Below, in pieces: positions 20,590-29,845 of a DNA stretch of 64,000 bases. Location: the NCBI GenBank assembly GCA_964499705.1, contig CAZCME010000004.1:186001-250000 (forward strand), given 5' to 3'. The DNA comes from an uncultured bacterium. Its GTDB lineage: Bacteria; UBA8481. Both the position numbers and the translations under genes were made by a program. Each line of letters opens with the position of its first letter. The first letter of the stretch is position 1. A model generated the notes under the pieces. That model saw nothing but the letters and a program-made list of their open reading frames with translations, ran no database searches and was not told the origin of the DNA.

Positions 20590-21939
20590 ATGATCATCGC
20601 GATCGATCAGGGTTCATCCGCCACGAAGGTGATTGTCGTCGGCGGGGATGGTTCGATCCTCGGGGCATCGACACAACCGGTAACTTCGCGCGCAGCGGAA
20701 GCCGTTACATCATCAGTTCTTAAGGCGACAAGAGGGGCCGTGAAAGGTCTGAGGATTTCGCCGCGTCAAACCATCATCGGCATTTCCGCCCAGCGTTCCA
20801 CGATCGCCCGTTTCGACGGTTCCGGAAATCCCTGCGGCGAGGTCATCCCATGGTGGGATCGGAGCGGACTGCAACAAGAGGACGTCGCGGCGCGCGATGC
20901 CGAGCGCTTCACGCGCGCGACCGGACTTCCGCTGATTCCGAACTGGTTTGCGGGCAAGCTGGCGAAGCTCTTGCCCCTGGAACCCGGCCTCCGGGCCGGA
21001 ACGGTGGACACACTCCTCATGGCCTGGATGACAGGCGGCCGTATCTACCGGACCGATTTTTCGAACGCCTGTCGAACGGGACTCGTCGATCTTCATCTCA
21101 GAAAACGAACCGACACGCTGCGAAAACTTTTCCGTATTCCTGAGGAACTTAAACTGGCGGAGATCGCAGCCAGCGATGCGTATTTCGGCGCCGTCACCCG
21201 TCCCGGTTTTCCCGTTCATGGCCGTATTGGAGCGGTGATGGGTGACGCCGGAGCATCGCTCATGGGAGCAACCGGAGGTCGGGCTGGTATCATGCACATG
21301 ACGCTCGGGACGGGCGGTTTTCTCCAGTATCCCGTGGCCGCTTCGACGCACCCGAGAGGCGGCCTTTATCTCGCGCCGGCATGGAAAAGCGGGCGCATCA
21401 TCCGCTGGACTCTCGAAGCGTCGATCCCGGCCATGGCCTCCGCGTTGAATGCGGGTCTCAAAGCCGTGGGATTACCATCGGATGCCGCGCGAAGAATGAC
21501 ACCGCGATCGACCGGCAGGTTGCACGCTCTGCTGGCGCCGAACGGCATGGGCGCAATCGGCCCCACGCACGTCACCGGGCTCCATTTCGTCGGCCCGTGG
21601 AAACGTGCGCCGGATGAAGAAAAGCTCGGTGCACTACTGGAAGGTCTCGCGTTTCTCATGGCGCGCGCCATCCTGATTTTTCCCGAGCGACCGCGACGCA
21701 TCACCGCCGGAGGCGGACTCTCGCGCCTCCCGTTTCTTCTCCAATCGATCGCGGATTTCACCGGGATTCCGGTCACGCCCCTGGCGGAGCCCGAAACCTC
21801 CGCATGGGGCACCGCCATGCTCGCTTCAAATAAAACAGCTCATCAGCTGAATCACATCCCCTGGCTGAAACCGATTTCACCTCGGAGAATAATACGGGGA
21901 CAGTATACTATTTTCCGTGAAATTCTTCACGGAAAATAG
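20590..21939 (+). CDS. FGGY-family (glycerol-kinase-like) carbohydrate kinase, divergent
   Basis: MIIAIDQGSSATK, QRST, WWDR, GTVDT, TDFSNACRT, TLGTG, AGGG. Confidence 0.8.
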   Translation: MIIAIDQGSSATKVIVVGGDGSILGASTQPVTSRAAEAVTSSVLKATRGAVKGLRISPRQTIIGISAQRSTIARFDGSGNPCGEVIPWWDRSGLQQEDVAARDAERFTRATGLPLIPNWFAGKLAKLLPLEPGLRAGTVDTLLMAWMTGGRIYRTDFSNACRTGLVDLHLRKRTDTLRKLFRIPEELKLAEIAASDAYFGAVTRPGFPVHGRIGAVMGDAGASLMGATGGRAGIMHMTLGTGGFLQYPVAASTHPRGGLYLAPAWKSGRIIRWTLEASIPAMASALNAGLKAVGLPSDAARRMTPRSTGRLHALLAPNGMGAIGPTHVTGLHFVGPWKRAPDEEKLGALLEGLAFLMARAILIFPERPRRITAGGGLSRLPFLLQSIADFTGIPVTPLAEPETSAWGTAMLASNKTAHQLNHIPWLKPISPRRIIRGQYTIFREILHGK

Positions 21940-21962
21940 TATACTGTCCCCGTATTATTCTC
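21885..21962. repeat. 78-bp REP-like palindrome, copy 2
   Basis: 37-bp perfect arms with ATTC loop; core arm identical to copy 1; lies between convergent genes. Confidence 0.95.
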
Positions 21963-21965
21963 GTT

Positions 21966-22727
21966 TTATGGAATGACGCGGCGGGTGACTCCGCGGATCG
22001 CGAGATACAGGAGCGGCAGCGCGAACATCAGGCAGATGACCGCGTGCGGCCAGCCGATCGTCACGGATGATCGCGCGGCGAGGACGGCGTGGGTGGACGG
22101 CACGAGCATCGCCAGCCCGCGGATTCCCTCCGGGAATCCCGTGATCGGAAAATAGGCGCCGGAAAGCGCCGACATCGGCGTCAGGATCAGCGTGAAGTAC
22201 ATCGCAAAGTCCTCGTATCCTCTCGCCCACGACGTGAAGAAGAGCCCGAGCGAGGACGACACCAGGGCTCCCAGGGTCGCGGCGCACAGGATCCTTGCCA
22301 TCGCGGCAAGAGTCCAGGGATCGCTCAGGAAAAAGTTGACGCTCAGGCAGAACGAGGCTGTCAGGAATCCCATGAACATGCCCCAGAGCGCTTCTCCGAC
22401 AACCACTTCCTCGATCGAGACCGGCGTGGATGCGATCGCGAGGTAGGTCTTCTGCCGGTCCATGCGGGTGAAGGCCGAGTAGGTGCACTCCAGGCTCGCG
22501 GATGTCATGGCCGACGTGACGGCGATGCCCGGCAGGAGCCATGCCGCGAAAGACCGGCCCTCGATATTGTCGATGAATTGCGATAGTCCGTAGCCGAAGA
22601 TCACGAGGAAGAAGACCGGCTCGCCGATATGAGCGAGAACCGCGGAAACGATCATCCGGCGGAGAACGCGGAAGTTGCGGCTGCATATGGCCACGACTCC
22701 GCGGATCCTGATGCCATCGCTCATCAT
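21966..22727 (-). CDS. ABC-2 permease (NodJ-like)
   Basis: EPVFFLVIFGYGL, PGIAVTSAM, LSGAYFP. Confidence 0.85.
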   Translation of the reverse strand: MMSDGIRIRGVVAICSRNFRVLRRMIVSAVLAHIGEPVFFLVIFGYGLSQFIDNIEGRSFAAWLLPGIAVTSAMTSASLECTYSAFTRMDRQKTYLAIASTPVSIEEVVVGEALWGMFMGFLTASFCLSVNFFLSDPWTLAAMARILCAATLGALVSSSLGLFFTSWARGYEDFAMYFTLILTPMSALSGAYFPITGFPEGIRGLAMLVPSTHAVLAARSSVTIGWPHAVICLMFALPLLYLAIRGVTRRVIP

Positions 22728-23686
22728 GAGGATGCGGACGATTCAAAAGCATCCGCGCCCGGGACGAGTTCGCGGCCCGTCACGGACAAATAGACGTCCC
22801 CGAGGTTCGCCTGGCGCACTGTCAGCGGCAACTTTCGGCGCTCCGACCAGGACGCAAGCGCCTCGTCGTTTCCGCATTGGCAAAAGAGGAAGCCTCCGTG
22901 GCGCGTCACGCGCGCGTCTTTGTCGGCCGAGAGGGCCGCGCGGAGATCGAACTCGTATTTTCCGGCGCTTTCCAGTTCCGGCACGGGGATGCGGATCTCG
23001 AAAACCCGGCCGGACGTCTCGTGCTCGATCAGTTCCTTCGGAGTTCCCTCCCGCCGGGCGCGCCCGCGATCCATCAGGATGACGCGGTCCGCCAGGCGAT
23101 CGGTCTCCTCCATGTCATGCGACGTGAGAAGCACCGCGACGCCGGACGAGAGCATTCCGCGGATGTCTCCCCAGAGCTGAAGTCGCGCTTCCGGGTCGAG
23201 ACCCGTAGTCGGCTCATCGAGGATCAGGAGCTTCGCGTGAAAAAACGCGCGCGCCAGCATCAGGCGGCGACGCAATCCTCCGGAAAGCTTCATGATCCCC
23301 GTGTCGCGCCAGCGCCCGAGCTGAAACTTTTCCAGGAGATCATCCGCGCGCGTTTCGGCCTCGCTCAAGGGCAACTCGAAATACCGGGCGTGAACGAGCA
23401 GATTCTCCCGGACGGTGAGATCGGGATCGAGCGTATCCTCCTGGTGCACGACACCCAGGCGGCGCTTTGCTTCGCGGGGATGGACCGCCACATCGCGGCC
23501 TTCGATGAGCACGCGGCCGGATGTCAGCCGGAGCGTCGCGCCGGCGGCGCGGAGAATCGTGGTCTTGCCGGAACCGTTCGGCCCGAGGAGCGCGAGAATC
23601 TCACCCGGTCGAACGGTAAACGAGACGTCGTCGACAGCGGTGAAGTCGCCGTAGCGCTTCACAAGATGCTCAGCGGCGAGCGTCAT
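22724..23686 (-). CDS. ABC transporter ATP-binding protein (NodI-like)
   Basis: GPNGSGKTT, LSGGLRRRL, DEPTTGLDP. Confidence 0.9.
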   Translation of the reverse strand: MTLAAEHLVKRYGDFTAVDDVSFTVRPGEILALLGPNGSGKTTILRAAGATLRLTSGRVLIEGRDVAVHPREAKRRLGVVHQEDTLDPDLTVRENLLVHARYFELPLSEAETRADDLLEKFQLGRWRDTGIMKLSGGLRRRLMLARAFFHAKLLILDEPTTGLDPEARLQLWGDIRGMLSSGVAVLLTSHDMEETDRLADRVILMDRGRARREGTPKELIEHETSGRVFEIRIPVPELESAGKYEFDLRAALSADKDARVTRHGGFLFCQCGNDEALASWSERRKLPLTVRQANLGDVYLSVTGRELVPGADAFESSASS

Positions 23687-24329
23687 ACAATCTCACGATG
23701 CCGAACGTCAGATCCTGGATCGTCACTTCTGAAAAACCAGCACCGAGGATTTCCCGGCGGAATTCCGCGGGCGGAGGAAAATTCAGGACCGACTCCGGCA
23801 GATAGGAATACGCCCGCTCATCTCCGGATACCACTCTCCCCAGAAAGGGAAGAACCCCGCGAAAATAGGAGAGGTAGAGCGACCTCAAGCCCTTCCGGTC
23901 CGGCATGGCAAACTCCAGGATGACGGCACGGCCTCCGGGACGAATGACGCGAGCCATCTCCTTGAGTCCCGCCTCCCGGTCGGCGAAGTTGCGCACGCCG
24001 AAAGCCACCGTCACGCCGTCCATACTCGCCGCCTTGAACGGCAAGGACTCGCCCGCGGCGGCCACCAGAGGAAAATAGAACCGCGCGGCCCTCTTCTTCG
24101 TCATCGCGCGCGCCAGCATCTCCGGAAGAATGTCGGCTCCGACGACCCGGCATCGCGGCGCCAGCGCGAGAGAAAGGTCGCCTGTTCCGCAGGCGAGATC
24201 GAGGACGCGGCCCGCCGAGAATCGCCGCGCGGCTTCGCGTCGCCAGGACTGGTCGATGCCCAGCGAGAGGAGCCTGTTCAGGAGATCGTAGACGGGAACG
24301 ATCGGGCGGAAGATGGAACGGGAATCCAT
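23670..24329 (-). CDS. menG: Demethylmenaquinone/ubiquinone methyltransferase
   Basis: YDLLNRLLSLGID.SWR, VLDLACGTGD, AFGVRN, YSYLPES. Confidence 0.9.
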   Translation of the reverse strand: MDSRSIFRPIVPVYDLLNRLLSLGIDQSWRREAARRFSAGRVLDLACGTGDLSLALAPRCRVVGADILPEMLARAMTKKRAARFYFPLVAAAGESLPFKAASMDGVTVAFGVRNFADREAGLKEMARVIRPGGRAVILEFAMPDRKGLRSLYLSYFRGVLPFLGRVVSGDERAYSYLPESVLNFPPPAEFRREILGAGFSEVTIQDLTFGIVRLYDARR

Positions 24330-24500
24330 ATTAGGGTGGATCTTATCAGCCGGACTTATCCAAGTCCGGAAATCCTAAAGAAATCCCGACCCCATTTTGC
24401 GAAACTCCATGTCACGCAGGCAACTTGGCCGCAATTTGGGAATTGGGATTCAAGGATATCCGGGCGATTTTCATTTACGATCAATTTGCAGGACTCCGGA

Positions 24501-25376
24501 TTAAAGCTTCGCGGTCAGAGTCCGCAGGTATTGGCGCACCTGGTCGGCGTGGGGCGAGCGGAGCGCGTATTCGATCGTCGCCTCCAGGAATCCCGCCGGA
24601 TCGCCCGTGTCGTAGCGCCTCCCCTTCAGCGTCAGGCCGTAGACTTTCTCCTTCTTGAGCAGGGTGGATACGGCATCCGTCAGTTGAATCTCGCCGTTCC
24701 TTCCCGGCGGAGTCTCATGCAGATGCTGCATGATGGCGGGCGTGAAGATGTAGCGGCCGACGATCGTGAGATTCGACGGCGCCTTCTCGATCGGCGGCTT
24801 CTCCACGACGCCCGTCAGCTCGTAAAGCCCCTCGCGGATCCTGTTTCCGGCAATGACTCCATAGCCGGGGACCTTCTCATCGGGCACGGCTTCGAGGCCG
24901 ATGACGGAACATCCCGTCTCCTCGTGAATCTCCAGCATCTGCGCGATCGCATTCTTGCCGCCGTTGTCCGGATGGACGATGTCATCGGCGAGAAAAACGG
25001 CGAAGGGCTGATTGGAGACGAACGATTCGGCGGTCAGGACGGCGTGCCCCAGGCCAAGAGCATCCTTCTGACGGATGTAGTGGATGTTCGCCATCTCGGA
25101 AATATTCCGGATCATGGCGATCAGCTCGGGCTTGTTCTTCGATTCCAGGAACGCTTCCAGTTCCGGATGGCGATCGAAGTGATCGGCGAGCGTTCTCTTG
25201 CCGCGCCCGATGATGACGAGGATGTCCTCGATTCCCGCGGCGACGGCTTCCTCGATGACGTACTGGATCGCGGGCTTGTCGTAGATCGGGAGCATTTCCT
25301 TCGGCTGGTTCTTGGTGGCGGGAAGGAAGCGCGTCCCGAGTCCGGCAGCCGGAAAGACCCCCTTGATCCGCGTCAC
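24501..25376 (-). CDS. galU: UTP--glucose-1-phosphate uridylyltransferase
   Basis: PAAGLGTRFLPATK..PKEMLP, GLGHAV, VEKP, GEIQLTDA. Confidence 0.95.
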   Translation of the reverse strand: MTRIKGVFPAAGLGTRFLPATKNQPKEMLPIYDKPAIQYVIEEAVAAGIEDILVIIGRGKRTLADHFDRHPELEAFLESKNKPELIAMIRNISEMANIHYIRQKDALGLGHAVLTAESFVSNQPFAVFLADDIVHPDNGGKNAIAQMLEIHEETGCSVIGLEAVPDEKVPGYGVIAGNRIREGLYELTGVVEKPPIEKAPSNLTIVGRYIFTPAIMQHLHETPPGRNGEIQLTDAVSTLLKKEKVYGLTLKGRRYDTGDPAGFLEATIEYALRSPHADQVRQYLRTLTAKL

Positions 25377-25382
25377 GAGGGC

Positions 25383-25415
25383 AAAGAAAAAGCCGCCCCG
25401 GATCGCGGAGCGGCC
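25383..25415 (-). terminator. Intrinsic terminator downstream of rpsU
   Basis: Minus strand GGCCGCTCCG-CGATC-CGGGGCGGCT followed by TTTTCTTT. Confidence 0.7.
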
Positions 25416-25473
25416 TTCATCGTCTTCTCAGTATTTCCATAACCAGGAACGCCCGTCCTCATCGGAAGGGATC

Positions 25474-25689
25474 CTAGTAATTCCGTCGCTGCTTGGCGAC
25501 ACGCTTGCGGAGCTTGGCTTCCGCCTTGCGCATCTTCCTCCGCCGCTTCTCGCTGGGCTTCTCGAAAGCTCTCTGACGCTTGATATCGCGCTTGATTCCT
25601 TCCTTGTCGCATTTCGCCTTGAATCGCTTCAAGGCCTTTTCCAGCCCCTCTTCTTCGGTGACTGTTACGCTGACCAAATCTATTCCCAC
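25474..25689 (-). CDS. rpsU: 30S ribosomal protein S21
   Basis: LEKALKRFK, FEKPSEKRRRK. Confidence 0.93.
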   Translation of the reverse strand: MGIDLVSVTVTEEEGLEKALKRFKAKCDKEGIKRDIKRQRAFEKPSEKRRRKMRKAEAKLRKRVAKQRRNY

Positions 25690-25732
25690 CCTTCTGTGGA
25701 ATTTTTTTTACCGTTTATCGTGTTCATCCTGC

Positions 25733-26212
25733 TCAGGAGTGCTCCAGTTCCGCCCGAAGCTCCGCGATCCGCGTCCGGCACTCGGTCACGAATGAATTCT
25801 GCACTTCGATTTCCTGCATGTGCTTCTCGAAACCGTCCAGATGCTTCCGAGCCGAATCGATATCGCCGCGCTGGAGATATAAAGCCGCGAGATTGTAGTC
25901 GATCTCGTGATTCTTCTTCGACTCGCCCTTCAGGGCCTTGTAGCGCTTCTCGGCCTCTTCGAGCTTCCCGCGGCGGTGCAGAGCGACCGCCTCGAGAAAC
26001 CGCTCCCGCCAGGTGTTGCCGGAAAGGCCCACAGTGCCGAGAAACGTGATCGCATCGGATTCGTCGATGGAATTGATGAAGGTGAAGCCGTATTCGGAGA
26101 GAGCGCGGTCGGGGTGTTCCTCGATGAGGCGGACAAACCGGCCGGTCAGCTCGGCGTACAGCGCTTCGCCGGGAAGCGAGCGGGTCTTCGAAGCCGTCGT
26201 CGTCATGCTCAT
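25733..26212 (-). CDS. TPR-containing hypothetical protein
   Basis: AVALHRRGKLEEAEKRY..YNLAALYLQRGD..A TPR-like pattern; coupled to carD. Confidence 0.7.
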   Translation of the reverse strand: MSMTTTASKTRSLPGEALYAELTGRFVRLIEEHPDRALSEYGFTFINSIDESDAITFLGTVGLSGNTWRERFLEAVALHRRGKLEEAEKRYKALKGESKKNHEIDYNLAALYLQRGDIDSARKHLDGFEKHMQEIEVQNSFVTECRTRIAELRAELEHS

Positions 26213-26724
26213 CGGGGAGCCTTCTTCTTCAGGTTAGCCTTCAATGCATCCTCCACTTTTTCCGTCACCTTCGTTTTCGAAATTCCCAGCGCCGCCGTCA
26301 GCTCCTGGATCACGAGCTCTTTCGTCAGGGTCAGGACCTCGCGCTCCTTGATGTTCAGCTCGTACACCTTGGAGTTCTTGTCCAGATCCCGGACGATCTC
26401 GGAGAGATCCTCGGATCCGCCCTCGCGGATGCGGGTCTTCAACTCCTCGAAACGCTGGTACCAGCCTTCGCGGGCCGTGAACGGCTCTTCCTTGGCGGGC
26501 GAGCGGAGAATCTTGAGCATCATCTCGGCCTGTTCGGCATTGGCGACACGGCGAACGCCGAGCCCCCGGGCCTTTTCCACAGGGATCTGAAGCTCCATCT
26601 TCTTCGTCGAGATGAGGTAAACGGTGACATTCTCGCCGAGAATGGACGTTTCCCTGATCTCCTTGACCACACCCAACCCATGTTGAGGATGGATTACACT
26701 TTCTCCCACACTGAAGTTTTCCAT
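26209..26724 (-). CDS. carD: CarD-family transcription factor
   Basis: FSVGESVIHPQHGLG, GVRRV, conserved W, EIVRDL; ATG at 26724. Confidence 0.9.
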   Translation of the reverse strand: MENFSVGESVIHPQHGLGVVKEIRETSILGENVTVYLISTKKMELQIPVEKARGLGVRRVANAEQAEMMLKILRSPAKEEPFTAREGWYQRFEELKTRIREGGSEDLSEIVRDLDKNSKVYELNIKEREVLTLTKELVIQELTAALGISKTKVTEKVEDALKANLKKKAPR

Positions 26725-26849
26725 CTCGCACCCTTCGCCGACCGCGTGGATCCGCAAAAGGTCCGGACGGCCGTTATTCTACAGAGTCATTCACTTGACG
26801 TCGGAGGATTTTACTCGGGGCGAAAAAAATGTAAAGTGTTTCTTTCCCC

Positions 26850-29696
26850 ATGTCCTCCATTGTCATCAAGGGCGCCCGCGCTCATAACCTCAAGAATGTC
26901 AACGTGGAGATCCCCGCGGACTCCCTCATCGTCATTACGGGCGTCTCCGGTTCCGGCAAGTCCTCCCTCGCCTTCGATACGCTCTATGCGGAGGGACAGC
27001 GCCGGTATGTGGAGTCCCTCTCCACATACGCCCGGCAGTTCCTCGGTCAGATGGACAAGGCCGACGTCGACTCCATCGAAGGTCTCTCGCCCGCCATCGC
27101 GATCGAACAGCGGACGACGCAGCGGAATCCCCGCTCGACGGTCGGGACGGTCACGGAGATCCACGACCACCTGCGGCTTCTATGGGCCCGGGTCGGAGTG
27201 GCGCACTGCCCGAAGTGCGACGCGGAAGTCGTGCCGATGCCGGCGGAGCGGATCACCGATGCGATCCTGTCGGCGGCGGAAGGTCGGCGCGCGGTAATCC
27301 TGTCGCCCGTCGCGGCGGCGAAGAAAGGGACGTTCAAAAAGGAACTGGCCGAGCTGAAATCGCAGGGGTTCACGCGGGTGAAGATCGACGGGGAGGTCAA
27401 ACGGCTCGATGAAGTGAGCGAGCTGGAGAAGAACATCCGGCACGATATCGACCTGGTGGTCGACCGGCTCCAGGCGACGGACGAGAACCGGTCGCGCATC
27501 AACGACGCGGTAGAGCTGGCGTCGAAGATGGCGAAAGGGATCGTGATCGCGGAGATCGAGGAAGAAGCCGGGCCTGCGGGGGCAACGGCGAAATTCCGGA
27601 GGCATGTCTACTCCGAGCAGGCCGCGTGCGCGAAGTGCGGGATCGGGATCGAGCCTCTCGATCCGAAGCACTTCTCGTTCAATTCCCCGCACGGAGCCTG
27701 TTCCGATTGCGCCGGCCTGGGCGTCCACTACGACATCGATCCGGGCAAGCTCCTCGGGGAACCGGATCTCTCCATCAACGAAGGAGCGATCCTGCCGTGG
27801 GGGGAGAACGCGGAGAACAAATGGCACGGTCATATTCTCGCGACTGTCGCGCGCCACGAGGGATTCGACCTGGATACGCCCTGGAAATCCCTGCCGAAGT
27901 CGGCGCGGGAGATGGTGATCCACGGCGCGGGCGAGAAACGGTACGACGTCACGTGGAAATCGCAGAAGATCACGGCGAAGATCAAGACGAAGTTCGAGGG
28001 TGTCGTTGAGAACCTGAAGCGGCGATACAAGGAGACGAAATCGAGCTACATCCGGGAATGGATCGAGGGATTCATGTCGATGCGGGAGTGCGAATCCTGC
28101 CGCGGCGAAAGATTGAAGGACACATCGCGCGCGGTGCGCGTGGAAAATGTCCGCCTGCCGGAGCTCTGCGGTCGGAGCGTCTCGGATGTCGATCAGTGGC
28201 TCGACCAGTTGAAGCTCGACAAGGCGAGAAAGCGGATTGCGGAACGCCTGATCGCGGAGCTGAAGTCGCGGCTCGGGTTTCTGAAGGAAGTCGGGCTCGG
28301 ATATCTCACGCTCGAACGCAACGCATCGACATTGTCCGGCGGCGAAGCGCAGCGAATCCGCCTGGCGACACAACTGGGCTCACGGCTGCGCGGCGTCCTG
28401 TATGTCCTGGACGAACCGTCCATCGGCCTGCATCCGGCCGACACGGAGAGCCTGCTGCGGACGCTGAAGGACCTGCGGGATCTCGGGAACACCGTCGTCG
28501 TCGTGGAACATGACCGGGAGACGATCGAGGCGGCGGACTACATCATCGACATGGGGCCGGGGGCGGGACGGCACGGCGGGGAGATCACGGCGCAGGGAAC
28601 GCCGAAGGAGATCGAAGCGTCGAAGTTTTCCCTGACCGGAGCGTATCTCTCCGGCCGGAGAAGAATCGAGCATAACGAGAAGCGGCGCGCGGCGACCGGC
28701 AGGATCCGCATCACGGATGTCCGGACGAACAACTTGAAGAGCGTCACCGCGGAAATTCCGCTGGGACAGCTCGTCTGCGTCACCGGCGTCTCCGGATCCG
28801 GCAAGTCGTCGCTCGTCATGGACACGCTGGTCCCCGCCATTCTCCGGAAGCTCGGCATGGCGTCCGACCTGCCGGGCCCCTTCTCAAAGCTCGAAGGCGT
28901 GAACCAGGTCGAGAAGCTGATCGCGATCGACCAGTCTCCGATCGGCCGGACCTCCCGGTCGAACGCCGCGACGTACACCGGGGTCTTCACGATGATCCGC
29001 GATCTCTTTGCGTCGACGCGCGACGCGCGGGAGCGGGGCTACAAGCCGGGGAGATTCTCGTTCAACGTCAAGGGAGGGAGATGCGAGGAGTGCCAGGGAG
29101 ACGGCGTCAAGACCGTGGAGATGCACTTTCTGCCGGACGTGCACGTGGAATGCGAAGTCTGCCGCGGCAAGCGGTACAACCGCGAGACCCTGGAAGTCCG
29201 TTACAAGGGGAAGAATATCGCGGACGTCCTGGAGATGACCGCGGAGGAAGCGCGCGAGTTCTTCGCGAATCTGCCGTCGATGAAGAAGTGGCTCGATATG
29301 CTGTCGGAAGTCGGGCTCGGGTATATCCACCTCGGCCAGAGCGCGCCGACCCTGTCCGGCGGCGAAGCGCAGAGGCTGAAGCTCGCTTCGGAACTGGGAC
29401 GGAGCTCACGGGGACGCGCGCTGTACATTCTCGACGAACCGACGACGGGGCTGCACATGGAGGATGTGCGCGTCCTCATGAAGGTACTCGACCGGCTGGT
29501 GGACCGCGGCGACACGGTGCTCGTGGTGGAACACCATCCGGACGTGATGATGCATTCGGACACGATCATCGACCTCGGGCCGGGAAGCGGCGGTCTCGGC
29601 GGCGAGATCGTCGCCGCCGGAGATCCGGAAACCATCATGGCGGAAAAGCGGTCATTGACGGGGCATACGCTCCGGGGGATGCGCACTTCCGGATAA
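26850..29696 (+). CDS. uvrA: Excinuclease ABC subunit A
   Basis: GARAHNLKN, GSGKSSLAFDTLYAEGQRRYVES, two ABC cassettes, Zn-finger Cys pairs. Confidence 0.98.
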   Translation: MSSIVIKGARAHNLKNVNVEIPADSLIVITGVSGSGKSSLAFDTLYAEGQRRYVESLSTYARQFLGQMDKADVDSIEGLSPAIAIEQRTTQRNPRSTVGTVTEIHDHLRLLWARVGVAHCPKCDAEVVPMPAERITDAILSAAEGRRAVILSPVAAAKKGTFKKELAELKSQGFTRVKIDGEVKRLDEVSELEKNIRHDIDLVVDRLQATDENRSRINDAVELASKMAKGIVIAEIEEEAGPAGATAKFRRHVYSEQAACAKCGIGIEPLDPKHFSFNSPHGACSDCAGLGVHYDIDPGKLLGEPDLSINEGAILPWGENAENKWHGHILATVARHEGFDLDTPWKSLPKSAREMVIHGAGEKRYDVTWKSQKITAKIKTKFEGVVENLKRRYKETKSSYIREWIEGFMSMRECESCRGERLKDTSRAVRVENVRLPELCGRSVSDVDQWLDQLKLDKARKRIAERLIAELKSRLGFLKEVGLGYLTLERNASTLSGGEAQRIRLATQLGSRLRGVLYVLDEPSIGLHPADTESLLRTLKDLRDLGNTVVVVEHDRETIEAADYIIDMGPGAGRHGGEITAQGTPKEIEASKFSLTGAYLSGRRRIEHNEKRRAATGRIRITDVRTNNLKSVTAEIPLGQLVCVTGVSGSGKSSLVMDTLVPAILRKLGMASDLPGPFSKLEGVNQVEKLIAIDQSPIGRTSRSNAATYTGVFTMIRDLFASTRDARERGYKPGRFSFNVKGGRCEECQGDGVKTVEMHFLPDVHVECEVCRGKRYNRETLEVRYKGKNIADVLEMTAEEAREFFANLPSMKKWLDMLSEVGLGYIHLGQSAPTLSGGEAQRLKLASELGRSSRGRALYILDEPTTGLHMEDVRVLMKVLDRLVDRGDTVLVVEHHPDVMMHSDTIIDLGPGSGGLGGEIVAAGDPETIMAEKRSLTGHTLRGMRTSG

Positions 29697-29754
29697 CAAC
29701 CACTCAGGGTGGAGCGCACTCTTCCGCAACTTCTTCCGTAACCCAAAATATTGT

Positions 29755-29815
29755 TTGACATAGCAAACTGTTATTTCTATATTCCTAACTCAGTTTCGTA
29801 ATGACTAACATTGCT
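29755..29815 (+). promoter_or_regulatory. Sigma70-type promoter plus candidate Fur-family box
   Basis: TTGACA (29755-29760)-17 nt-TATATT (29778-29783); CGTAATGACTAACATTGCT (29797-29815) has AATG-N5-CATT. Confidence 0.6.
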
Positions 29816-29845
29816 TGCGGTAGCGCAACAGAAGGAGTAATTTTC

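Noticed and set aside
19531-21962. Palindromes or 9-bp repeats as a CRISPR array
   Set aside because: No regularly spaced direct repeats with unique spacers and no cas genes.
26761-26849. LexA box upstream of uvrA
   Set aside because: No recognisable SOS-box consensus or clear palindrome.
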